A DNA stretch of 64,000 bases. Origin: Planctomycetota bacterium. GTDB taxonomy: Bacteria > Planctomycetota > B15-G4 > JADJEK01. Below are positions 9,811-19,132 of the stretch, one piece after another. The DNA lies in contig JBGAIQ010000011.1 in NCBI GenBank assembly GCA_044225365.1, forward strand, positions 64,001 to 128,000, written 5' to 3'. Every line of letters starts with the position of its first letter. Within the stretch, counting starts at the first letter, position 1. The notes beneath the pieces are model-generated. The model had not been told where the DNA came from and ran no database searches. It saw only the letters and a list, made by a program, of their open reading frames with translations. Both the position numbers and the translations under genes were made by a program.

Positions 9811-11235
9811 TCAGGTCGCGATCTTGGGTGCGGCTTCTTGCCCATCGAAGCCGCGTTCGCCCAGAACGAGGTTCAGGATCGGCGAGGCCATGAACGTCGT
9901 CGCGAGGGCCATGAGCACCATCATCGCGAAGATCTTCGGAGTGATGACGCCGAGATCAAGTCCGAGATTGAGGGCGATCAGCTCCATGAGTCCGCGCGTG
10001 TTCATGAGGATTCCGACCGCCGAGGCGTCACGCCACGACATGCCCACGAGTCGGCCCGCGGCCGTGCTTCCTCCGAACTTCCCGATCACGGCGACGAGGA
10101 TGATCGAGAGGCAGATCGCCCAGTCCTGCGCACCTTGAATCAGTCCGATCTGGGTACGCATTCCCGTGAACGCGAAGAACGCGGGCAGGAGGAGGATGAC
10201 GACGACGTCCCCGAGCCCCTTCCTCAACTGCTCCGCGAGGTGCCCCTCGTGGGGCATCAATGCGCCGAGCAGGAAAGCGCCGAAGAGACCGTGGATCCCG
10301 ATCGCCTCGGTCGCGAAGGCGGAGAGGAGGAGCAATCCGAACGTCACCGCGAGCGCTGTGCGCCGTGGCGCTTCGCCGCGCGCGTCTTCACGAGCGACGA
10401 GGGCTCGCAGGAGCGGCCGCACGATCGCGAACATCGCGACGATGTAGATCGTCACGTAGACGACGGTGCGCATCGCGTCGCCCTCCTCCGCGGAGACGAA
10501 CCCCACGATGAGAGCGAGCAACGTCCACGCCGTCACGTCGTCGAACGCCGCGCAGCCGAGCGCCATCGTTCCGAGCGGGGTCTTCAGCGCGCCGCGATCG
10601 GCGAGAATGCGCGCGAGCACCGGAAACGCGGTGATCGACATCGAGACCCCGAGGAAAAGCGAGAACGCGGTGAACCCGACATCTTCCGTCGAGTATTGGG
10701 TGTAGAGCAGAAGGGCGAGCGAAGATCCGAGCAGGAACGGAACGACGATGCTCGCGTGCGAGATGACGAGCGTCGCGTGAGAGTTGCGGCGCAGCAGTTT
10801 CCCATCCACCTCGAGTCCGACGAGGAACATGAACAGGACGACCCCGACCTTCGCGAGGATTCCTAGGAACGGCGCCGCCGAGGCGGGAAGGAGGAACTCG
10901 TACGCGCCGGGTGCGATCGCACCGAGCACCGACGGCCCGAGCACCAAGCCCGCCGCGATCTCTCCGATCACCGCGGGTTGATGGAGGAAGCGCTGCAGCA
11001 ATCCGCCGAGCAACCGAGCGAAGAGGCAGATGACGGCGAGCGCGAGCAGGACATGCTCGAGCGGCTCGGACCGTCCCGAGACCGATCTTTGAAGAGGAGT
11101 ATCGCGCGGCGCGGGGAGCGGGAGGTTCGAGCCCGTGTGGCGGATGGCGAGATACGCCGCGATGGCGCCGACGACCATCAAACTGTATCCGAGAGTCGTA
11201 CGGCGTTGCCTTGCTGCATCTTGCTGCGCGAGCAT
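9811..11235 (-). CDS. Cation:proton antiporter (CPA2 / Na+/H+ exchanger family)
   Basis: About 12 hydrophobic segments. QPAVIGEIAAGLVLGPS, SITAFPVLARIL, AAFDDV, MNTRGLMELI. Confidence 0.92.
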   Translation of the reverse strand: MLAQQDAARQRRTTLGYSLMVVGAIAAYLAIRHTGSNLPLPAPRDTPLQRSVSGRSEPLEHVLLALAVICLFARLLGGLLQRFLHQPAVIGEIAAGLVLGPSVLGAIAPGAYEFLLPASAAPFLGILAKVGVVLFMFLVGLEVDGKLLRRNSHATLVISHASIVVPFLLGSSLALLLYTQYSTEDVGFTAFSLFLGVSMSITAFPVLARILADRGALKTPLGTMALGCAAFDDVTAWTLLALIVGFVSAEEGDAMRTVVYVTIYIVAMFAIVRPLLRALVAREDARGEAPRRTALAVTFGLLLLSAFATEAIGIHGLFGAFLLGALMPHEGHLAEQLRKGLGDVVVILLLPAFFAFTGMRTQIGLIQGAQDWAICLSIILVAVIGKFGGSTAAGRLVGMSWRDASAVGILMNTRGLMELIALNLGLDLGVITPKIFAMMVLMALATTFMASPILNLVLGERGFDGQEAAPKIAT

Positions 11236-11464
11236 CGAGTGGCCTTCTCCGGGTCGTCACCTTCGACCGAGCGCGTCCCGATCGAATCGCGCCAAGGATA
11301 GCATCGAAGCGAGATTCGTCGACGAAGGGGGGAGCGTCCGAGCGCCTCGCTCGTATCAGCTTCTTGCGGTACGCGACCCGCTTCGATTTCGGAGGTGCGA
11401 TTTCGCACTCCTTGCGGATCCGAACCGCTCCCGCCCGCTGCGCCTCCCTTCGTCTGGACCGACC

Positions 11465-12061
11465 ATGAGATCCTCCTACTTCTTCGCCCTCGCGCTCGGT
11501 ATGAGCGCGATCTTTGCCGTTGCATCGCACTCGAATGCAGTGCAGCAGGCGGGCCCCTACATCTACCCCGAAGTGCGCGGCGCCGTCCGCTGCGTGAACT
11601 TCACGAACGCCGGAATCGGCGGGTCCTACTCGATCGACTATGGCACACCCGAGTGGAAGGCGGACTACGACCAGAAATTCGACGACCTCACGCTCGGCAA
11701 GCGAATCCGTTTCGGTCAGAACCGCTGGACCGAGCTCGATACCAATACGACGCTGATGATCAACGACAAGGAAGTGAAGCCTGGTCTCTACTACCTCGCG
11801 TTCGAACGCAACAAGAAGGGCGACTTCGCGATCGTACTGCTCGACTCGAACGACATTCGGAAATCGCGAGTCGACCCCGCGGTGACCGAGCAGACGAAGG
11901 GCGGCGTTGTCATTCCGTTCAAGTCGGAGAAGAACGAATCGAGCACGGCGAAGCTCACGCTCGAGCTGAAACAAGAAGGCAAGAGCGCCGTCGATCAATC
12001 GCTCACGATCCTCTGGGGACCCCACAAGCTCACGGGGTCCATCAAGCTGAAGGGCGGCTGA
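11465..12061 (+). CDS. DUF2911-like secreted protein
   Basis: Signal peptide from ATG 11465. SIDYGTP, RFGQNRWTEL, INDKEVKPGLY and LTILWG resemble DUF2911 motifs. Confidence 0.65.
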   Translation: MRSSYFFALALGMSAIFAVASHSNAVQQAGPYIYPEVRGAVRCVNFTNAGIGGSYSIDYGTPEWKADYDQKFDDLTLGKRIRFGQNRWTELDTNTTLMINDKEVKPGLYYLAFERNKKGDFAIVLLDSNDIRKSRVDPAVTEQTKGGVVIPFKSEKNESSTAKLTLELKQEGKSAVDQSLTILWGPHKLTGSIKLKGG

Positions 12062-12067
12062 ACGGCC

Positions 12068-12103
12068 CGCGGGAGCGCCAGGCACGAAGCCCGCGCTCCC
12101 GCG
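12068..12103. terminator. GC-rich hairpin between convergent genes (terminator or REP-derived)
   Basis: CGCGGGAGCGC (12068-12078) and GCGCTCCCGCG (12093-12103) form a perfect 11-bp inverted repeat. No strong U-tract. Confidence 0.5.
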
Positions 12104-12113
12104 ATCACTCCCA

Positions 12114-12650
12114 TCAGCCGGTGGCGAGCGCGTCCTCGGTCGTGAGCGTCGCGCCCACGGCGTGGATGACGGAGGCGATTCGGATCGCCGCCTGGATCGC
12201 CTCCGGAGTCACTGCGGCCTTCGAGAGCATCTGCTCGTGCGAGTCGATGCACATCCCGCAGCCGTTGATCGCCGAAACCGCGAGACAGAACAGTTCGAAG
12301 TCCTTCTTCTCGATTCCGGGATTTCCGATCGCCTGCATTCGGAGCTGAGCCGGCATCTTCGCGTACGCCTTGTTCGAGGCGAGGTGCAGGAACCGGTAGT
12401 AGATGTTGTTCATTGCCATCAGCGCCGCCGCCGTGAATGCGGCGCGCCGAGTGGCGTCGTCGAGTCGATCGCGCGACGACGCCTCGACGGCACACAGGAG
12501 CGCTCCGTTCTTGGTCGCCGCAGCGCATGCGAGCATCACGCCGAACACGAGGCGAGGTTCGAGCGATTCGCTCTTCTCGATCGCGGAGAGGTTGAGGCGA
12601 AGGTCCTTCGCGTAGTCGGGGATCTTCGACTTGATGTCTTCGAGGGTCAT
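12114..12650 (-). CDS. ahpD: Alkyl hydroperoxide reductase AhpD
   Basis: IPDYAKDLRLNL, MAMNNIYYRF and AVSAINGCGMCIDSHE (CxxC + His). Directly downstream of ahpC. Confidence 0.95.
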   Translation of the reverse strand: MTLEDIKSKIPDYAKDLRLNLSAIEKSESLEPRLVFGVMLACAAATKNGALLCAVEASSRDRLDDATRRAAFTAAALMAMNNIYYRFLHLASNKAYAKMPAQLRMQAIGNPGIEKKDFELFCLAVSAINGCGMCIDSHEQMLSKAAVTPEAIQAAIRIASVIHAVGATLTTEDALATG

Positions 12651-12717
12651 GTGGATTCCTTTCTTGAAATGCGGTCGCTGCGCTGCGCGCCCATCTTCGA
12701 GCGGAACGCGAGATCCG

Positions 12718-13257
12718 TCAGGAGACCTTCAGCGTGTCCTCGCCCTTCTGCCAGTTGCAGGGGCAGAGCTCGTCGGTCTGCAGCGCGTCGAGGACGCGCA
12801 GGACTTCCTGCGGATTGCGGCCCACGTTCATGTCCGTGACGGCCACGAAGCGGATCCGATGGTGCGGATCGACGATGAACGTCGCGCGCTGAGCGACGCC
12901 CGCATCCTTGTCGAGGATGCCGAGGGCGCTCGACAATTCGCGCTTCACGTCCGCGAGCATCGGGAACGGCAGATCGTTCAGATCCTTGTGATTGCGCCGC
13001 CACGCGAGGTGTACGAACTCGCTGTCGATCGAGAGCCCGAGTACCTGCGCGTCGCGATCGGCGAACTCACGATTCAGGTCACCGAATGCCTTGATCTCGG
13101 TCGGGCAGACGAACGTGAAGTCCTTGGGCCAGGCGAACAGCACGAGCCACTTGCCCTTGTAGGTGTCCGTCGAGATGTCGACGAATGCCTTCTCGGTCTC
13201 GTTCGAGACGACGCCGGTCAGCGCGAAGGACGGGAAATGATCGCCTACGGTCAACAT
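12718..13257 (-). CDS. ahpC: Peroxiredoxin AhpC
   Basis: WPKDFTFVCPTE peroxidatic Cys, VGRNPQEVLR, DELCPCNW (three-Cys type). Confidence 0.96.
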   Translation of the reverse strand: MLTVGDHFPSFALTGVVSNETEKAFVDISTDTYKGKWLVLFAWPKDFTFVCPTEIKAFGDLNREFADRDAQVLGLSIDSEFVHLAWRRNHKDLNDLPFPMLADVKRELSSALGILDKDAGVAQRATFIVDPHHRIRFVAVTDMNVGRNPQEVLRVLDALQTDELCPCNWQKGEDTLKVS

Positions 13258-13354
13258 GGGAAACTCCTTGATTCGTTCTGGTCTGAAAGAGGGTTCGAAA
13301 GATCGATGTCCACGGGTCTCTCACCCGCGTGGAGAATCATCGCCCCTGGACTCG

Positions 13355-13402
13355 GATAACGCGAATCGATAGAACTTGATTTATGGATAACTTTGTCTTA
13401 TC
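13355..13402. promoter_or_regulatory. Putative OxyR operator between divergent ahpC and oxyR
   Basis: ATAA-N7-CGAT (13356-13370) and perfect GATAA-N7-TTATC (13386-13402) in an AT-rich island. Both resemble the OxyR ATAG-N7-CTAT repeat. Confidence 0.65.
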
Positions 13403-14312
13403 GGACCGTCCGACCGTCCGGCAGCTCGAATACGCGACGACCGTCGCGCGGGTCCGCCACTTCTCGAAGGCGGCGGCGGCTTGCGGCGTTTCGCAACCCG
13501 CGCTGTCGGCCCAGCTCCTCGCGCTCGAACGCACGCTCGGCATCACGTTGTTCGAGCGCTCGCGCAGCGGCGTACTTCTCACCCAGGAGGGCTCGCAGCT
13601 CTTGCCGATCATGTCGAGGGTGCTCGATGACCTCGACCGCTTGGGCGCGCTCGCGCGCGCGACGCGCGATCCGCTCGCGGGCGACGTCCGCCTCGGCGTC
13701 ATCCCGACCGTCGCCCCGTACTTCCTGCCGCACGCGATGCCCGCCGTGCGGAAGACCTATCCCCGATTGCGACTTCTGCTCCTCGAAGAGAAGACCGAAA
13801 CGCTCATCGCGCGGCTACGGAGCGGAGATATCGAGGCAGCGATCCTCGCTCTGCCCACTCGCGAGGACGGTTTCGTCGAGCGCGAACTCTTCGTCGAACC
13901 GTTCGTCGTGGCGCTGCGTCGTGACGATCCGCTCGCGAAGAAGAAGGCCTTGAAGTCGTCCGACCTCGCGGAGTCGCACGTCCTGCTGCTCGCGGACGGG
14001 CATTGCCTGCGCGATCAGGCGCTCTCGGTCTGTGAACGCATCGGTACAGAGGTCGTGGAGGGTCTCAGCGCGACGAGTCTCCCGACCCTGGTGCAGATGG
14101 TGGCGAGTGGGATCGGGACCACACTCCTGCCCCAGCTCGCAGCCGATGTGCTGATTCGAGGAAACGAACTCGTTTCCCGCCCGTTCCACCACAAGGCGCC
14201 AGGGCGGACCGTGGGACTCGTGTGGCGCAAGAACGCGTCACGCAGCGTCACCCTGCGGCGCATCGCGGAGGTGCTCGCCGAATCCGGGGTACGGGCGCTC
14301 GCACGTTCGTGA
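13383..14312 (+). CDS. oxyR: LysR-type peroxide sensor OxyR
   Basis: LysR HTH (HFSKAAAACGVSQPALSAQ), LGVIPTVAPY, LLADGHCLRDQALSVC redox Cys pair. Divergent from ahpCD. Confidence 0.93.
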   Translation: MDNFVLSDRPTVRQLEYATTVARVRHFSKAAAACGVSQPALSAQLLALERTLGITLFERSRSGVLLTQEGSQLLPIMSRVLDDLDRLGALARATRDPLAGDVRLGVIPTVAPYFLPHAMPAVRKTYPRLRLLLLEEKTETLIARLRSGDIEAAILALPTREDGFVERELFVEPFVVALRRDDPLAKKKALKSSDLAESHVLLLADGHCLRDQALSVCERIGTEVVEGLSATSLPTLVQMVASGIGTTLLPQLAADVLIRGNELVSRPFHHKAPGRTVGLVWRKNASRSVTLRRIAEVLAESGVRALARS

Positions 14313-14379
14313 GATCGCGTCCAGCGTCCTCGCCGTCGAGAGGTTATGCTGACCCCACGCACTCCCCCCTCTTCGACGC

Positions 14380-15015
14380 ATGCCTCCACCCACCCCATCG
14401 CGCGACCCCGAATCGACCGCCGCGAATCCGTCTGCGGAGGATCCGTCGCGAGCCTGGCTGCATCGGTGGCAGGATCATGGCGACCGCGAAGCGCTCGACT
14501 CCTTGCTGCAGGTCGAAGTCGCGGAACTGAAGAGGCGCTTGCGGTCGAAGGGGCGCACGTTGATGAGCGAAAGCTGCAGCGCGTCCGACGTGGCGAACGA
14601 CGCGATTCTGAAGTTCTTGCGCCGGGCCGAGCCTCCTCACTTCCAGGACGCGACGCAACTGCGCGTTTACTTGTGGAAGGCCGCGTGGCGCCTCATGATC
14701 GACCGGGTGCGGCGGCCCAAGCTTGGGCGCGTGCCGAACGACTCTTCTTCGAACCTGCGCATCTCGCAACTCGCCGCGAAACTCGGCACGCACAGCGCGG
14801 AACGGCGCGAAGCGAAGAATGCCGTCACCTTCGCGATGCAACTGTTGCCCGAAGTCGACCGTCAAGTACTCGAACTCACGTACTTCAGCGGATTCGACCT
14901 CGGACAGGTCGGTGATCGCATCGGGATCTCCCGCGAAGCCGTAGCGATGCGTCTCGTCCGCGCGCGTCGCAAGCTGTCGTCGAAACTCCGCGCCTGGCAG
15001 GATCTCATTGGGTGA
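14380..15015 (+). CDS. ECF sigma factor (kinase-associated type)
   Basis: GDREALDSLL sigma2 start and region-4 LPEVDRQVLELTYF...GISREAVAMRLVRARRKL. Immediately upstream of a Ser/Thr kinase. Confidence 0.85.
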   Translation: MPPPTPSRDPESTAANPSAEDPSRAWLHRWQDHGDREALDSLLQVEVAELKRRLRSKGRTLMSESCSASDVANDAILKFLRRAEPPHFQDATQLRVYLWKAAWRLMIDRVRRPKLGRVPNDSSSNLRISQLAAKLGTHSAERREAKNAVTFAMQLLPEVDRQVLELTYFSGFDLGQVGDRIGISREAVAMRLVRARRKLSSKLRAWQDLIG

Positions 15016-15048
15016 ATCGAACCGCGAGGCGAACGAGAACCTTCGCAC

Positions 15049-17985
15049 ATGACCGACCCTTCGCTCGAAGCCCTCGTCGAGGAGTACCTGCAACGCCGCG
15101 AGCTCGGCACTGCGGAAGGTCTCGAAGAGTTTCTCGCGAAGTACCCGACGAAGCGGTCGGAACTCGCGCGCATCCTCGCGGAGGACGAAGAAGTGGCGGG
15201 CGCCCTCACCCGCGATCGGACCTATCCGAAGGCAGGCGAGTCGTTCGGGCGATACCGACTGCTCGATGAGATCGGTCGGGGCGGAATGGGCGTGCTCTTC
15301 GAAGCCGAGAACGAAGACGGCGAGCGCGTCGCCCTGAAGCTCCTCTCGCCGACGCTCGCTCTCTCCGATTCCGCGGCCGACCGGTTCCATCGCGAATGCA
15401 GTACGACGGCAAGGCTGCAGCATCCTGGCATCGTTCGTGTGATCGAGATCGGAAAGGAGAGAGGCGTCGACTTCCTCGCGATGGAGATTCTCCACGGTGG
15501 CGGGCTCGATCGCTTCGTGGCACAGAAGAAGGCGGCGACGAAGAACAGCGTCGCGAGCTGGGTCTCTCATTTTCGCGACGTCGTGGCGATCGTCGCGAGG
15601 GTCGCGGACGCCCTCGAGCACGCGCATCGCGCCGGGGTGATCCACCGCGACATCAAGCCCTCGAACATCCTGCTGCGCGAGGACGGCACGCCGGTGCTCA
15701 CCGATTTCGGTCTCGCTCGCGAGCATGGCCTCCCGTCGCTGACCTCGACCGGCGATTTCGCCGGGACGCCCTACTACGTCTCGCCGGAGCAGGCGCTCGG
15801 GGGACGCGCGCGAATCGACGAGCGATCCGACGTTTATTCGCTCGGCGTCACGCTCTACGAACTGCTGACGCTCGAGCCGCCCTTCCCCGGATCATCGGCG
15901 CCCGAAGTGTTCGCGAAGGTCGTCACGAAGGACGCGCCGGATCCGCGCATTCGCAATCCTGCGATCGATCGAAAGCTCGTGCAGATCACCTTGAAGGCGC
16001 TCGAACGCGATCCCGATCGGCGCTACGCGACCGCCGCGGACTTCGGCTCCGACCTGCGGGCCTGGATCGAGGGACGGGAGACGCTCGCAAAACCACCCAC
16101 GCTTCTCGACCGTTGGAACCGCTTTCGTCGGGCGCAGCCCGCAAAGTCGGCACTGCTGGCGGCGGGAGCGATTCTATTCGTCATGGCCTCGTTCGGAGCC
16201 GCTGTCTACGTCCCGCGCGTGCGCGAGGCGGAGCGAATGAGGAGCCACCAACAATTCCGTCGCGATCTCGACGATGCGTTCGTCACTCTCGTCGGCCTGC
16301 GGCCCGATCTTGCTCAACGGCGCTTCGAGGCGCTCGATCGCGTCGCGTCGGGAGATCCCGAGGTGCTCGTCGGACGCGTGCTCGCCATTGCGTTCGAAGG
16401 CAATCGCACGGCAGCCAAGGAACTCGCCGAAAGAGCGGCCGGCGCGCCTGGGGCGCCTCCCATTTGGCGGCACATCCTCCTCGCGCTCGATCGCGGGAAC
16501 AGCGCGGATGCGCTCATCCACGACGAACACGCCGACGACAGCGCCTTCCGGCATTTCGTCGATGGTGCGTTCCTCTTGGTTCAAGGTACGGAAGGGACGT
16601 CATCCCTGCTGAGGGAAGCGTGCGACGCCTTTGGCCGCGCGACCGTCCGCGCGACGACGCCCCGCCTCAGTTACGTATTCGGTCGGGCGCAAGCCGCCTA
16701 CTACGTTCGCAACGAGAGCGTCGCGGGCGAGTGTGCGGCGACGGCGCGCACGTTGTGGCCCGATTCCGTTGCGGCGGCATGGTGCCAGGTGTGGGATCTC
16801 AGTCTGCGCGATCCGAAAGCAGCGATCGCGCGCGCGAAACTTCTGCTGCGCGACTCCGGACTCGCCAACTCCGACATCGAACTCGACCTCCTCTATTCGA
16901 TCGCGCGCAGCGGTGATCGCGCGTTCGTCCGGACGATCGCGAGCGAATTCGATCCAGGCGGCGGCAAGGAGAGCAAGTACGCGTTCGTCATCGGGACGTG
17001 CCTGCTGCGCGCCGGTGACACGTTGCTCGGGATCGAATTCCTGAAACGCGCCGTGCTGCTCGAACCCACGAATATCGTCACTCAGCGAACTCTCGGGCAG
17101 GCGCTGCTCGGCGCGGGCGATCTCGACGGCGCCGTTCGCCATCTCCTCATCGCATTCCGCATGGATCCCTGTCACGCCCCGACTCTCGCACATCTCGGTT
17201 CCGCGCTCGCGCAGAACGGAGATCTCTCGACCGGGCGGGCAATGTGCGAACAGGCACTGCTGCTCGCGCCGCAGATCGCTGACGTCTTCTTTCCCCTGTG
17301 CACGGTGTTCGCGATCGAGGGCGACGAGCAGTCCTGCGCCGACTTCGCCAAACTGGCGATCGAGCGCTCGCCGAACATCGCGCGAGGTTATGCGCTGCGT
17401 GCCGCCGCATGCCTCGCTCTCGGCGACAAGGTGGAAGCGGATGCGATGATCCACTCGGCGCAACTGCTCGCCGAACCTTCGGCGCGGATCTTCCAACTCC
17501 AAGGCGAACTGCTCGCGTTGCGGGGTGAGCGCGAATCCGCGCTCGCGGCGTATCGAAAGGCCCTCGAACTCGAACCCGAGAACGGAACGATCGTGACCGC
17601 TTTCGCTCAGCTCGCGGCGAAGTACGGGCACGCCGCAGAGGGACAGCACGCCGCCGAAGAGTACGCGCGCATCGTCGATTCCGCCGGCGCGTGGAACGAT
17701 TGCGCGTGGACCTTCGTCGATCCCACATTGCCCGATTCGGCCCGCGATCCGGAGCTAGCACACGAATACGCGAGCGTTGCCGTTTCACTCGATCCGGATC
17801 TCGCACCCGCGGTCGATACTTTGGCGTGGGCCTTGTTCTTCCTCGGGCGTTACGACGAAGCGAAGGACCGCTCGGACCGCGCGCTCGCGCTCGCCCGGAA
17901 GCTGCCGCGCTGGGCAACGAGCCTCCCCGCGTTCGAGCAATCGCACTCCGACCTCGCGGCCTCGATCGACGCCGCGAGGCGTTGA
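15049..17985 (+). CDS. Ser/Thr protein kinase with TM segment and TPR repeats
   Basis: GRGGMG, VALK, HRDIKPSN, DFG and GTPYYVSPEQ motifs. Hydrophobic segment after the kinase, then a TPR-like C-terminal region. Confidence 0.92.
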   Translation: MTDPSLEALVEEYLQRRELGTAEGLEEFLAKYPTKRSELARILAEDEEVAGALTRDRTYPKAGESFGRYRLLDEIGRGGMGVLFEAENEDGERVALKLLSPTLALSDSAADRFHRECSTTARLQHPGIVRVIEIGKERGVDFLAMEILHGGGLDRFVAQKKAATKNSVASWVSHFRDVVAIVARVADALEHAHRAGVIHRDIKPSNILLREDGTPVLTDFGLAREHGLPSLTSTGDFAGTPYYVSPEQALGGRARIDERSDVYSLGVTLYELLTLEPPFPGSSAPEVFAKVVTKDAPDPRIRNPAIDRKLVQITLKALERDPDRRYATAADFGSDLRAWIEGRETLAKPPTLLDRWNRFRRAQPAKSALLAAGAILFVMASFGAAVYVPRVREAERMRSHQQFRRDLDDAFVTLVGLRPDLAQRRFEALDRVASGDPEVLVGRVLAIAFEGNRTAAKELAERAAGAPGAPPIWRHILLALDRGNSADALIHDEHADDSAFRHFVDGAFLLVQGTEGTSSLLREACDAFGRATVRATTPRLSYVFGRAQAAYYVRNESVAGECAATARTLWPDSVAAAWCQVWDLSLRDPKAAIARAKLLLRDSGLANSDIELDLLYSIARSGDRAFVRTIASEFDPGGGKESKYAFVIGTCLLRAGDTLLGIEFLKRAVLLEPTNIVTQRTLGQALLGAGDLDGAVRHLLIAFRMDPCHAPTLAHLGSALAQNGDLSTGRAMCEQALLLAPQIADVFFPLCTVFAIEGDEQSCADFAKLAIERSPNIARGYALRAAACLALGDKVEADAMIHSAQLLAEPSARIFQLQGELLALRGERESALAAYRKALELEPENGTIVTAFAQLAAKYGHAAEGQHAAEEYARIVDSAGAWNDCAWTFVDPTLPDSARDPELAHEYASVAVSLDPDLAPAVDTLAWALFFLGRYDEAKDRSDRALALARKLPRWATSLPAFEQSHSDLAASIDAARR

Positions 17986-18000
17986 GCGTGCGTCCCGCCC

Positions 18001-18999
18001 TCAGAACGACGCGTCGAGCGCGACTTCGCCGGTGATGCCGACCTGATAGGCCGACACGCGGCGCTCGAAGAAGTTCGTGATCTCCTGGACGTCCTGGAGA
18101 TCCATGAACGGGAATGGGTTCTTCGAGCCGTACTTCTTCGTCATGCCGAGCGCGACGAGGCGCTGATCGGCGACGTACTCGAGATACTGGCGCATGTCGC
18201 GCAGCGAGAGACCGACGACGCCACCCGAGAGCAGGTCCTGCGCGAACTGCACTTCGCAGGTCACGGCCTCCTCGATCATGTCGACGATCTTCCGTTCGAG
18301 TTCCGGCGTCCAGAGACCGGGATCCTCTTCGCGGGCGATGCGCACGACCTCGAAAGCGAACGCCATGTGCGCGCTCTCGTCGCGGAAGACCCAGTTCGTT
18401 CCGGCGGCGAGACCATGCAGCAGCCCGCGCGAACGCAGGTAGTAGACGTAGGCGAACGCCGCGAAGAAGAAGAGCCCCTCGATCGTGGCGGCGTAGCAGA
18501 TGAGGTTCTGCAGGAATTGGCGGCGATGCTCGATGGTCTCGAGCCGCTGCAGCTCGTTGATCGAGTCCATCCACTTCATGCAGTAACGCGCCTTCTGCGC
18601 GATCGACGGGATGTTCTCGACTGCGGCGAACGCCGCCGCGCGCTCCTTGTCGTCGGGCACGTAGGTGTCGAGGAGCGTCAGGTAGAACTGGACGTGGAGC
18701 GCTTCCTCGTAGAGCTGCCGCGACATGTACATTCGCGCTTCCGGCGCGTTGATGTGTCGATACAAGTTGAGCACGAGGTTGTTCGAGACGATCGAATCGC
18801 CCGTCGCGAAGAAGGCGACGAGACGGCGGATCAGGTGCCGATCGGCCGACGTCATCTTGTTGCGCAGATCGCCCGTATCCATCGAGAAGTCGACTTCCTC
18901 GACGGTCCACGTGTTCTTGATCGCCGACTTGTACATCTCGAAGAAGTCGGGATACCGCATCGGGCGGAGGGTGAGGCTGAGGCCGGGATCGAGCAGCAT
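18001..18999 (-). CDS. nrdB: Class Ia ribonucleotide reductase beta subunit
   Basis: Start MLLDPGLSLTLRPM (ATG 18999). FFATGDSIV, EEALHVQFY (radical Tyr), IEGLFF, RDESAH and NFFERRVSAY motifs. Confidence 0.95.
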   Translation of the reverse strand: MLLDPGLSLTLRPMRYPDFFEMYKSAIKNTWTVEEVDFSMDTGDLRNKMTSADRHLIRRLVAFFATGDSIVSNNLVLNLYRHINAPEARMYMSRQLYEEALHVQFYLTLLDTYVPDDKERAAAFAAVENIPSIAQKARYCMKWMDSINELQRLETIEHRRQFLQNLICYAATIEGLFFFAAFAYVYYLRSRGLLHGLAAGTNWVFRDESAHMAFAFEVVRIAREEDPGLWTPELERKIVDMIEEAVTCEVQFAQDLLSGGVVGLSLRDMRQYLEYVADQRLVALGMTKKYGSKNPFPFMDLQDVQEITNFFERRVSAYQVGITGEVALDASF

Positions 19000-19035
19000 G
19001 GGAGGACTCACGAGAGGTGACGCGGTCGGGAGTTC

Positions 19036-19132
19036 AGACGGGCGCACAGCCGGGGGAGGATGGGACGTGCAGATGGGCGAAGAAGGAAACGAGAAGAGAA
19101 GTCAAGACGGGCGCACAGCCGTGCGCCCCTAC
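19036..19132 (-). repeat. GTAG-type REP hairpin plus partial copy in the nrdA-nrdB spacer
   Basis: Minus strand 19132-19107 reads GTAGGGGCGCACGGCTGTGCGCCCGT (stem GGGCGCAC/GTGCGCCC). Direct copy AGACGGGCGCACAGCCG at 19036-19052 and 19105-19121. Confidence 0.7.
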
